Of a stretch of 64,000 bases of DNA, positions 37,376 to 49,830 are shown in pieces (the first letter of the stretch is position 1; each line of letters begins with the position of its first letter). The notes under the pieces are model-generated. The model made no database searches and had not been told where the DNA came from. It saw only the letters and a list, made by a program, of their open reading frames with translations. The position numbers and the translations under genes are program-made. Source of the stretch: Haliotis rubra (Eukaryota); assembly GCF_003918875.1 (NCBI RefSeq), contig NW_025767503.1:248001-312000 (forward strand). The letters are read 5' to 3'.

Positions 37376-38944
37376 TATGTCTGTCCACGAAAATAGTTTT
37401 TTCAGAGTACTTTTTTATATATATCTAGAAACAATATGGGGATGAATATATTACAGCAACATTTTGATACTGTCTATATCTTACTCAATTTAAGGAACTA
37501 CTCAATCCGTGGATCACATCAAAACAAATCACAATGGAACCACAAAACAAACTATACCTTTTTATATTTCGTTATGGCTCTACAATAGTTATCTTGAAAC
37601 AGTTCAAGCTGCTTGTTTCTGTTGATATCCCAATCCTTGTGTACAGGAAATGCAGTCTTAAAGCATCAACACAGTGTCTAGAGTTAGACATCATTTACTA
37701 TGGCATGGGTGAATATATTTGACATGAAAAGATTCATTGTGGTAGATGATGAAAAGTACTGTCTTCTGACAACATACCGGGACATGTGAGACAACCTGGA
37801 ACAGGTCTGTATGCGCAGACAGTAATTGTGTAGAGAAGAGAACTGAATAGAAGGTGCAGAGATGACAGCACAATACAATTGGTTGTGAATGTGGAAATGT
37901 GGGTTTAGTATTATGCCAATGTGGATATATATTGATGATGTACATGACTTGCCACTACCTATTGAACATCCAATATACACCATTTCAAACTCTGGTAAAC
38001 CGGAAACCTGTTGTCAACACCTGTACTGTTGGGACCGTCTTCGTGTAATATGGCCAATGTACCATTGATTTGTGAATCCAGGTATTCATTAATTTGGACA
38101 TTCTCTGAGAAGTAACAGCCTGAATTAAACAATAACTCGTAGTTGGTATTACCTTGTATTTACCGGCTAAACTTACGTCCGTTACACCTGCAATAGATGT
38201 TTACCTGTAATCAGTGGCTGGGTGAAAATATCCACAGCACTGTGTTTTGTTGTGTGTAACAGCAATCTAACACACACTTGACCATGATGGTCAACAATCT
38301 ATGCCTCAATAAATCAGTCATTCTGTGAGTAGTTGTTTTGTCTTGTTTAGCCCATATTCTACTTCAACTAGCCTGGGAGATCATGTGATAACCAGCAATC
38401 CCTCATGTCCCGCCATAGACTAATGCTTATGCTCTGAATATATAATTTTGATAGTAACAAATAAACCCATTTAATTGAAAAGGAGCCCCAGGGAGATCAG
38501 AGATTCAGAACCTGAGGAAATCTAGATTTGCTTCATTTAGGGCTTTAGCACTGCAGCACTAGTCCAGCCAATCAACCCTCTTATAACCAGAGTTATTCTA
38601 AAATCTAAGTAGGGGCTTGAGATGGATTTACAATATTTCAAACATTAGACTACCAATCCACACAAGGACGAGTAACAAGTAATGTATTACTGCTGCAGTC
38701 AGCAATATTTACACACACACATCTCTGCAGTCTCTGCTAAGTCTTTTAGCACAATTTGATGCACTTGTTTGTAACTGATCAACACAGCTTTATAAAATAA
38801 CAGGACACCAAGGTATGTTACTACACATGAAATCCACCCTGCTTTGCTTGTGTTATGAGTGGACACACTATCCTCTGGCCTACCTCCCAGCCTCTCACAG
38901 AACATCAACACAACATTTATTTACAAAAACATTCACTTTATTTC

Positions 38945-41900
38945 TCATTCATACATGTCTGAATACAACTCCTGCCCAATACGTATATACTCGTCCTTCT
39001 CCGCTGGGGTCATCTGTTCCACCATGTCGGGTGTCACTTCCTGGTATGGCACCTTGCGGATACCAACTGTTACCATGGGAACACTCTCTTCTTCATCATC
39101 ACTCTCCATTTCTTCAACAACTGTGTAACACAAAACATCTTCAGAAAATAATCAGAGTTATAATGTATACTTAGGTATCTTATGTACATATCTAATGTAG
39201 GTAAAAATAAAAGAACATTTACTTCTCAAGTAATTACCGTAAGTTGGCATTGATTTCAGTGTGGTATCACAGTTTGTAGAGTCAAGGTTAAATAAGGGAG
39301 TGTGACAAGTGGAGAAACAATGTTACCAAGCAAGGAAACAAGTTACCACACCAAGGTGATCGATGAAGGGTTGTCCTGTTTTTCACACCATATAAGGTGC
39401 ACACCTATCGTAATGAAGGAGTGCCCTGAGTTATATCTCCCCTGTTTATCACCATATAAGGTGCACCTATCCCGTAATGAAGGAGATGTATATCTCCCCT
39501 GTTTATCACACCATATAAGGTGCACCTATCGTAATGAAGGAGATGTATATCTCCCCTGTTTATCACACCATATAAGGTGCACCTATCGTAATGAAGGAGG
39601 TGTATGTATATCTCCCCTGTTTATCACACCATATAAGGTGCACCTATCGTAATGAAGGAGTTGTATATCTCCCTGTTTATCACACCATATAAGGTGCACC
39701 TATCGTAATGAAGGAGATGTATATCTCCCCTGTTTATCACACCATATAAGGTGCACCTATCGTAATGAAGGAGTTGTATATCTCCCCTGTTTATCACACC
39801 ATATAAGGTGCACCTATCTGTTTATCACACCATATAAGGTGCACCTAAATGAAGGAGTTGTATATCTCCCCTGTTTATCACACCCTTTATCGTAATGAAG
39901 GAGTTGTATATCTCCCACCATATAAGGTGCACCTATCGTAATGAAGGAGTTGTATATCTCCCCCCTGTTTATCACCTACCATATAAGGTGCACCTATCGT
40001 AATGAGAAGGAGTTGTATATCTCCCCTGTTTATCACACCATATAAGGTGCACCTATCGTAATCGTAATGAAGGAGTTGTATATCTCCCTGTTTATCACAC
40101 CATATAAGGTGCACCTATCATAATGAAGGAGTTGTATATCTCCCTGTTTATCACACCATATAAGGTGCACCTATCGTAATGAGGGAGTTGTATATATCCC
40201 CTGTTTATCACACCATATAAGGTGCACCTATCATAATGAAGGAGTTGTATATCTCCCCTGTTTATCACACCATATAAGGTGCACCTATCGTAATGAAGGA
40301 GTTGTATATCTCCCCTGTTTATCACACCCACACCATATAAGGTGCACCCTATCGTAATGAAGGAGTTGTATATCTCCCTGTTTATCACACCATATAAGGT
40401 GCACCTATCGTAATGAAGGAGTTGTATATCTCCCCTGTTTATCACACCATATAAGGTGCACCTATCGTAATGAAGGAGTTGTATATCTCCCTGTTTATCA
40501 CACCATATAAGGTGCACCTATCGTAATGAAGGAGTTGTATATCTCCCCTGTTTATCTGTTTATCACACCATATAAGGTGCACCTATCGTAATGAAGGAGT
40601 TGTATATCTCCCGTTTATCACACCATATAAGGTGCACCTATCGTAATGAAGGAGTTGTATATCTCCCCTGTTTATCACACCATATAAGGTGCACCTATCG
40701 TAATGAAGGAGTTGTATATCTCCCCTGTTTATCACACCATATAAGGTGCACCTATCGTAATGAAGGAGTTGTATATCTCCCCTGTTTATCACACCATATA
40801 AGGTGCACCTATCGTAATGAACACCTGTTTATCACACCATATAAGGTGCACCTATCGTAATGAAGGAGTTGTATATCTCCCCTGTTTATCACACCATATA
40901 AGGTGCACCTATCGTAATGAAGGAGTTGTATATCTCCCGTTTATCACACCATATAAGGTGCACCTATCGTAATGAAGGAGTTGTATATCTCCCCTGTTTA
41001 TCACACCATATAAGGTGCACCTATCGTAATGAAGGAGTTGTATATCTCCCCTGTTTATCACACCATATAAGGTGCACCTATCGTAATGAAGGAGTTGTAT
41101 ATCTCCCCTGTTATCACACCATATAAGGTATCACACCATATAAGGTATCACACCATATAAGGTATCACACCAACTTCTAAATGGCAATTAAAGAAGTCAT
41201 CAAATTTTCAGTTCAAGTAGAACTAAGAATTCAACTGAGATAATTATGGGGATGCTAAGACGAAACAATTAACAGGGCACAGCTAGATTGTTTACCCTAT
41301 AAAGACATAACATTGTGATTTGGAATAGGAAATAATCAGCTCCTCTAGTTTTTAGGCCTGAAACAATTCAGTTCAATCGAAAATCGAATCTGACACCTTA
41401 GTTTCGATTTTTGCTAACCATTATCACTATTTCGATTCGATATTTGAGTGCTGTTCTGTGTTCGATATTTGAGTGCTGTTCTGTGTTCGATATTTGAGTG
41501 CTGTTCTGTGTTTAAACATCATGTTTGAAAAAGGTTACGTCATTTACATTCCTGATTTCCTAGTCAAATCTTGGAAAAAGTTTTCAGTGTGATGATTTGT
41601 TTAATAAACTCTGAGAGTTAAATGAAATCTGATGATTTTACTTGTATGAAGAATCGAATCGAAAATGATCGAATCGATGGTCCAATATCAAAAATCGAAT
41701 CGAGGTCTGGGTGAATCATTGCAACCCTACTAGTTTGGGATCTTGTACTTTCTCAATGCATCACATGTTTGACATTACTTTATTCCTCCTTGATGAATAT
41801 GTTGAAAATTATTTCACAATTATGATTATCATTACTTTTCCAAAAATGTTTCTTTAACATACTGCACAAGACATCCTACTTGAAAGACGCTCCACAAACA

Positions 41901-44900
41901 AGCTTTGTTTGTAAGGAGCTATCCTTTAAACAGAAACAGGAGTTACCAGTTTATTAACAGCTGTAAGACTTAGATATATGAGAAAAGAATATCTTTCCTG
42001 CACCAGAGACATTACAACATTACTCCAGCATGAGGTAAATGCTGGAAAGCTTTCTTGATGCAGTGGCAGATAACAGAAACACAGCAACAAACCTCCATGT
42101 GATGGACCAGGTTTGGGGGCTTCATCTTCTGATGAACTGCTGGAGTTTTCTTCCGCTCTGTCTGTGGGGATCCGAAGTCTGGCACCAGGCTTGGATTGCT
42201 CGTGAACCAGCAGGGCGTTCATCACCTCGTCATTGGCGTTCACCTGAGACAAGTCCTGAGATGGTCCAGCCTCGTAAGCACTCTCCATCTAAAGAATGGA
42301 AAAAGTTGACATTACCATGTTGAGATTGTACTGCTTTCAGTAATATTGCAGGAAAAAGATGACAGCCTGTCAGTAATCTGGTCAGGGCAGCCATTGATGT
42401 TAGTCCATGTGATCTGGGTATTCTGACATTTAGTCACATCTTATGATCAACATTAGTTACTAGGGACCTTTCATTACTTACTGCACTGTATGGTGAAACC
42501 ACAACCACAGGTACAGTGAAACCACAGCCATGGGTACAGTGAAACCACTACTACAGGTACAGTGAAACCACAACCATGGGTACAGTGAAACCACTACTAT
42601 AGGTACAGTGAAACCACAACCATGGGAATGGTATAACCACAACCACAGGTACAGTGAAACCACTACTATAGGTACAGTGAAACCACAACCATGGGAATGG
42701 TATAAGCACAACCACGGGTACAGTGAAACCACAACCATGGGAATGGTATAAGCACAACCACGGGTACAGTGAAACCACTACTATAGGTACAGTGAAACCA
42801 CAACCACAGGTACAGTGAAACCACAACCATGGGTACAGTGAAACCACAACCACAGGTACAGTGAAACCACAACCACAGGTACAGTGAAACCACTACTATA
42901 GGTACAGTGAAACCACAACCACAGGTACAGTGAAACCACAACCACAGGTACAGTGAAACCACTACCATGGATGCAATATGAAGGAACAATATCAAGGCAA
43001 CGTTCAGTACTGCCGATAGGCACACCTGATGAAACCAGGTTGAGTCACACTGAGGCAGTCTCACACTCTAGCCACTGGAATGAAGCCTGTGTCCAGCAAA
43101 ATACAGATCAGTCTGGCAAGCTCATCAATACAAGACCATATATTACCACTAAATCATAAAAAGGATATATGCAGGGAGACACAGAGGTTTTGGGTGCACA
43201 CTGCTAAGGTACTAAATGGCAGGAAAACAATCAAACAAGCAAAATGTTTACATTTCAGGAAAGTGAGTGAGTTGAGTTTTATGCCGCACTCAGCAATAGT
43301 TCAGCTATAAGGCGGGGATCAGTAAAGAATCGAGTCTGGACCAGACAATTCAGTGATCAACAGCATGAGCATTGGTCTGCGCAATTGGGAACCGATGAAA
43401 TATGTCAACCAAGTCAGCGAGCCTGACCACCCGATCCCGACAGTTGCCTCTGACGACAAGCATTGGTTACTGAAGGCACATTCTAACCCGGACCTTTACG
43501 GGTACATTTCAGGAAAGGGACTCTAAACAATTGACTGCAAAATGTTTGGTGAATAAATAACAATTGCTTGTTTATTACCCTTCACAGCACAAGCTTCCCA
43601 GAACCAGTAATTCATTACTTGTTTATTACCCTTCACAGCAATACAAACTTCCCAGAACCAGTAATTCATTTCATGAGAAAAGGTAAGGAATGCAAATTCA
43701 ACATGTTGAACGACTACATCAAGGGTTCAGTGATAAATATCTAGTGATGATGTTACCTGTGAGTCGATGACTGTGGCGCCCTCTACAGTGCTCTTGGACA
43801 TCCATTCAGGCACCTCTTTCTTCTGTACTGTCGCATTCTTTTCATCCTCGTCCATGCTGATGGTGATGCTGTTGTCTGTGTAGCCAAAGCGGTTGTTCCG
43901 AGACAGTTCCCCACTCCAGACCATTTTTTCCGCATCTACGTTGGTCCTGTTCTTGTCACTTGGTGCCCTGCGGATCATGCACAGAAATAACATGAGCCTT
44001 ACAGTACCTCACAGAACTATGTTAGACACTTTCCTCAACAACTTGAAATCGTTCTAAACTAAGCTCAATACAACATGATGACCAATAATAACACTCCCAA
44101 ACTACTCACTAATAGTCTCCATGTCCCACACCATGCTCACTGTTTACCACTACTGCTACTGATCTTCCAGGTTGCTAATGCAGAGCACGATTCGTATTGG
44201 CTTCAAACATTTGGTTAATCTTTAGATACATGAAAAAGATTGTTACATAACAAATACTTGTTGTTTTTTTCTCAACATGCTCAATTCATTAATATTAACA
44301 TAAAGGAAGGAATATTGTGTATCCGTGGCATGTGAAGACATCTGATTTACACTGTATTCCACACTCATTGTTATCCTTCAGCAGCAGGAGTCATAGTTTA
44401 TCATGTTCACACACAAAACCATTGCTGCAAACAAAGTGATGATATATTGACTTCAGTCTTTAATCATTATCAACAGTATGACCAAACATCAACAAGGAAT
44501 GATTGACACACAACATACCTTGGTAATAATTTCTTGATGTCAATAGGTTCCCGGTTCTAAGATTTCAGGAGCAAGTTTGATATCCTCACAATCCCGTAAT
44601 AAGTCATAAATAACCTGAATCTGTTCATTAAATTTGGCCATGGTTGTGCGAGCATCCTTCTTTGGCATGGAGCTCTCATCCTCCTCCACTTCAGTGTGGC
44701 AGTAGGTGCACTGTAAGGAGCCTGTCATTGGGTCTACAAGCTGCCCAACCTCCAGATCCGTGTATGACTTCAAACAGTTTGGACATTTAAATGAGGCACG
44801 ACTTGTGTTATCCCGTTCCTCAAGCTCAATCTTTCTCCTCATGTGATCAAGCTTATATTTCACCACATTCACAAAAACATTATAGTTGATGAAATAATAA

Positions 44901-45166
44901 TTGTGTCTTGTTGTCTTTCCTTCTGTATCAGTCTCTACCCTCATTCTCACTTTCAGTATCTTGTCTACTTTCAAGGAGTTGATGATTGCTCGAAGTTGTT
45001 TCCTCTCAAATTTGAGCAACTCTAACATATCATCCTCCTTGATACAGGGATTCCGGACGAGCATGTCAATAACTATGGCTGTTTCAACAGTGTAGAACCC
45101 TCGCACAATCAGCCGGATCAGTCGCTTGAGGGAGTCAGGAACTTCAGTTGCTACGTCAGTTTCCAT
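38945..45166 (-). CDS. GTF2E1: General transcription factor IIE subunit 1 (TFIIE-alpha), about 409 aa; exons 45166-44519, 43967-43757, 42288-42093, 39120-38945; one +1 frameshift at 44550-44552
   Basis: [43 protein letters not shown], zinc ribbon CPNC...[16 protein letters not shown], acidic C-terminus [26 protein letters not shown] introns in compatible phases; corrected length 1,230 nt. Confidence 0.96.
39375..41170. repeat. Minisatellite, 57-bp unit, about 31 copies, in the last GTF2E1 intron
   Basis: Unit CACCATATAAGGTGCACCTATCGTAATGAAGGAGTTGTATATCTCCCCTGTTTATCA. Confidence 0.97.
41353..41729. mobile_element. hAT-like MITE in a GTF2E1 intron
   Basis: TAGG...CCCTA ends, subterminal AATCG/CGATT repeats, near-perfect 8-bp TSD CTAGTTTT / CTAGTTTG. 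Contains three copies of a 24-bp unit. Confidence 0.7.
42494..42968. repeat. Minisatellite, 23-bp unit, about 20 copies
   Basis: Unit GGTACAGTGAAACCACAACCACA and variants. Confidence 0.95.
43264..43502 (-). mobile_element. SINE family B, full-length, in a GTF2E1 intron
   Basis: Reverse complement of the 9990-10230 element. 15-bp TSD TACATTTCAGGAAAG (43249-43263, 43503-43517). Confidence 0.9.
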
Positions 45167-45811
45167 TGTGGAGCGCTTTGTACTCTATAAAAGACATTAA
45201 AATTACTCATTCAATGACTATGAACAACTGACAAACAAATTATTGGTTAGACAGACAAGTGTTTCAGACATAACACTTGATGTTTACCGTTTTGTTTCAC
45301 ATTTAACATTTTCTTTGCTGAAAGTTGGGTGATCTATGTCAATTTGGGGAATTTTATTGTGTTATTATGTTGGAATTTAATAGCTTACAAGTGTTTCCAT
45401 TGAAGATTAATTTGCATTGTATATATTCACAAACATGATAATCTAACATATTTGTCATATATATATTCCATTTTGTTTCAGGTGGTTTTGTTTGACTGGG
45501 CAGTGCCTGCGTTTCCACCACAGCTTGTGTCGACAGATTAGAGTTAGTTGCTGAGATTGGATGCAATGCTTTATTATTTGTATCAAGAATATTATAACAC
45601 ATTTTATTGGATAACAACTTCATTTTCTTCTTTGAAAATATGTTTAGAGATACCTCTTACCCCTTCATCAGAAATACACTGAGGAAGTTGCAAATAGTAA
45701 TTTAATACATTGTACCTGTGTGTGGAATCGAATCTGCCGTATGATGAGTAAACACTTTAACCACTGAGCTACCTCACTGCCCCAAGTTGCAAATCACGGA
45801 AGAGGCCTTAT

Positions 45812-46870
45812 TATAGGGAAGACCACAGTGACATCAGTGTTTTGATCACGTGATGCGTCCGAGTACTTCCGGTAGGCAGAAGGTAAACATAAACAGGAGA
45901 GAACCACACAAGCTGCACTCATTTGATTGTCGACTTTACATACGTAACAACTCTTCCCGGTCTGTTTTTTTGGCTTGACACTCAGTGCATCTTCAATCAC
46001 CAGAATTGTCCTTGTGACGGGATTTTACGGGATTTTGAATCAACTTAGAAAATGTATCAATGGTCGTTTTCCAACTCGTGCCTATTTTACCTCCATGAGT
46101 GCCATGCCCTACGTGCTTTCCTGCAAGTTTGGGCACACCCTTACGCGTCACCCACGGCTGTCAACAATGTCAGTGTGGGAAGGTTTATCCAACAAAATCA
46201 TTATAAACTCGATAAATATGATAATTTTGTTACAAAGACAATAACATTTACCTGATCAGACCAACGAAAACAGTTGGATCTATCAAAAGGATGGCACATT
46301 TTTTCCGGTATCACGATGCATGTGGAGTTGTTTGCTTACCACCGTTGCCATGATCGTTCGTAACATTGAGATTGTTTTTGTTTATAAATAATTAAACCGA
46401 AAGTTACTAAGTTTTAGGAAATGGGAAACTTCAGTGTTTTCTCTTGACCAAAGAACAAAAATACTGATCAAATTATTAAAAAAAATATTTCATTATGACG
46501 AAAATATTAGACAGGGTACCACTCGACGTGATGTGCCGACCTTTCGTTTTAAGGTACATAAACTAATTGAAGATTATATATTTAGAAACCTGAGAATTAA
46601 TTCATTCCATACATGATTCAAATGACATGTAAATCCGACTTGTTGAATAATTATTGCAAGTTTTATTTGGGGATGTCATTATGCTGCTCTCCTGTCGAAT
46701 GGGTTCGACAGTAGCATTGAGAGGATTAAGTACATAATCCGATCATTGTTTGCTTTTTACGCTACACCGGTTCTCATTGTTATCGTCAGCCATTGTTGCT
46801 TTCTGCCTACCGGAACACGAGTGAGCGTAGTTTGTGAGGTCACTTCCGTAAACATATGGACTTTCCTATA
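45812..46870. mobile_element. Probable non-autonomous TIR element (about 1.06 kb) upstream of the first GTF2E1 coding exon
   Basis: Ends TATAGGGAAGACCA / TGGACTTTCCTATA (2 mismatches) and a perfect 15-bp subterminal inverted repeat TTCCGGTAGGCAGAA (45867-45881 vs 46801-46815). Confidence 0.65.
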
Positions 46871-49789
46871 CAATTTGAGAAACAGGAACTAGGAAAGATT
46901 ATATAAGCTTCCTGAACTCATAAATAGTGCTCAAATGGCAATCCTGGGGAAAATAATAAATCGGCCACAAAATCTTACACAAATAGTTCTACAACGTTCG
47001 TTGGGAACAGCCAACATAAGTGTTCAGTGACAAGAGGTTTTTTTCCCTAACATAGATGTTATGGTGACCCGACACGAGTTGATGGTACCAAACATTGTCA
47101 AATTTCTATCAGTATCAGTTCCAGCTCATCCTCGATAATCTCCAAGTTATAAGTTACGATCACTCTCCACTATACCCTGGATGCATCTATGGCTTGGGGC
47201 GATGATTTTATTACCTCCCTTTGCTGGCGTTTTATCCAGTCAGGTGCCTACGCTGGGAAGTTGAGCATACCAATCACTACTCACTTTCATGTCTTAAATT
47301 ATCTAACCGTTTAGACTTGGCAACACAATTGATGCAGAGGTACTCTGAAAGAAGTAGAAGGAGTTCTTTCATATATTCTTTTTAAAGTTTCAGATCTGTG
47401 ATTTTGTCTTTATTATTTCCCCAAAAATCTGAGTGGCACTGCGAACAAACCTTTGCAACTGCGACCGCAATCTTTGTTGACACTGGCAAGCTTGGTTGTA
47501 ACGGCGGCTTAGCTGATTGGTTACTGTGAAAATGCGGAGCCAGCCAAGGGAGGTAATAAAATCATGCATCCAGGGTATAGTGCATTCGTCACCACTCGCC
47601 TCTTTCCATAACCTCCAAGAAGACTCGTCCCCCTCTCGATGCTTGTTATGTGCGAAAATACGACAAACCAAACAGAACGCGTGTAAATGACTGCGGTGCT
47701 TTGGTAAAAATAATCCTGAGTACTTACATCGTTTATGGCATTATGTCATTGTTTAAATAATCAGGAAAAATATATATCGTCATATTGAAAGTACAAAGAA
47801 CTGAGCTAACAGGATTTTGCTGCCTATAATGAAGTTTTTGATAAGAATCATGCCATTGACGGTGACAGATTCAAATACACGCACGTGTGTGTGTTGACAA
47901 AACGGGTCTCATGGGTCCAACTGAGGGTATTTCTGACGATCTTGCGGGCTTGCTATGGAGATTGTACGTGCGCTTCCAACATTTTGGGAAATGTAATTAT
48001 AAATCGCTTCGAGTTTCAAAACAATAATATTAAACATATATCTGCATGTAACTGATCAACTTTAATCTTTAACATTGGGCATAGATTCTATATTTCACAT
48101 CTCTGGGAATATTTTAGTCTGACATTTTTTTTGGTCATTCATATATTTTCAGCGAATTCATTTAAAATTCCACTTGGGGTATGACAGCAAGGTTACACGA
48201 ATATTCAGTTTGAGAAATATTTTAAAGTCATTTTTGAGTTTTTGCTTTAGGATTTAATGTACCTTTATAAATTTTATTTACATAATTAATAAAACAAATC
48301 CCTATGGTGATTATCAAATCCTATTTAGAAATATATTTGGAAATATTAGGTGAACATCTGATAATAATTACGTGAGAATAAGTCTGTAACAAATAAGTTT
48401 CCCCTTCTTTTAGTTGTATCAAAAAGGTTTAATTCTTAAAAAAACACAAACAGCAATACAATGTATGATTACTTCGGTGATATTAAGTACCATTGGAATC
48501 AAACAATAATTGAGTTATCGTTCCTGTTTAAAGTAGTTCTGATGTTCATGCGCCAATATGAAATCCTCCCAGAGGGGCACGAGTCGCTATTCGGCTTGTC
48601 CCGGAATAACACGAGTTGGTCACCAATGGGTATAGTGGAGAGTGATCGTAACGTATACCCTGGAGATTATCGAGGATGGTTCCAGCTTTGCTTGGAGAGA
48701 TTTAAGTGAGAATATGACAGACCTTAAACATGTTAAAAGTTACTTTGGCAATCAGTAGCTCTGATACTCTGATACAAAGAATACAAGAAGACGCTATCCA
48801 TAAAAAGTGCCATGTTTTCGATGTTCTTACAACTTCTAAATGTTCTTGAAAGACTTTATTTGTATCATGCAGACTTACTTTATTTGTTGTCGAAACTCCG
48901 GGTCTTGATGAAAACGTTTTCTACTTTCAAGGCCTTTGAACTGGCAATTCGTAACACCTTAGTTCAAAACAGTTATACTGGATGTTTAGTGAGAAGGATC
49001 ACAAGAACAAACCTTAACTTTTCAAAAGACGTTCCCGCAAAATTATTTTCGACGCCATTTTGAAATAAGTGTTACCTCCCTTTCCGGGTTACCAAAAACC
49101 CATCACCCAGTTTTGCTTTGGGTTGATAACATGTATTTGAGCCTTTGCTGCCTCAGCCTAGTGATGACACTGTATCCACATTACACAAGCCTTACAAAGA
49201 TCATTTAAAAGTATGGCTGAGTTGTTCTTTTCAAGACAAAATGAAATAATAATTTTACCGGCATTTGGGTTTTTAGATTCACCATCAGTCGGATTTCCCC
49301 ACGAACCTTTGAATATGTATCTTGAGTCAGCACTATGACCAAAATGATAAATAGAATAATACCTTTTCACGACATCTTTGGCGAAAAATGGGACATTTGA
49401 CAAATAAATATCGTGGCATCCTTTTTCTACACCATGCGTTTGGTTAAATATGCTATGTCATATTTTTTTAAACTTCCAACAGACAGATTTTGGGAAGAAA
49501 AATCCAATATACTTTTAAATGTGTGCTACATTTCAGCTGATCAAATTTTTAAACATGCGTACCTATTTTTGTTCTACAAATCTATGCCAATGATATGATC
49601 TATTTTTAGATGCCTATATACCATTCACTTTCTCAAGTAACAGATTCATGCTATAACATATCGAAATTGTGCCGTTTTAATCAACCAAAGTGATGTCAGT
49701 TTGATACGGTGCCGATTTAGGCTATAGCACAAACTATTTTACGAGACTTTCCGAATGGTACAGCAATAGCTCCTCGCACCGCGGGTACC

Positions 49790-49830
49790 AACCGAAGCCA
49801 GGAAACGGGAAGTAAGCAAGATGGCAGCGA
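49790..49830 (+). promoter_or_regulatory. RABL3 proximal promoter motifs (ETS-like GGAAGT; YY1-like CAAGATGGC overlapping the ATG)
   Basis: GGAAACGGGAAGTAAGCAAGATGGCAG with local CpG enrichment; motif match only. Confidence 0.4.

Noticed and set aside
37680-38120. Possible extra exon downstream of the PKS
   Set aside because: Short ORFs only, with no motif or phase-consistent splice path; probably UTR or intergenic sequence between the convergent genes.
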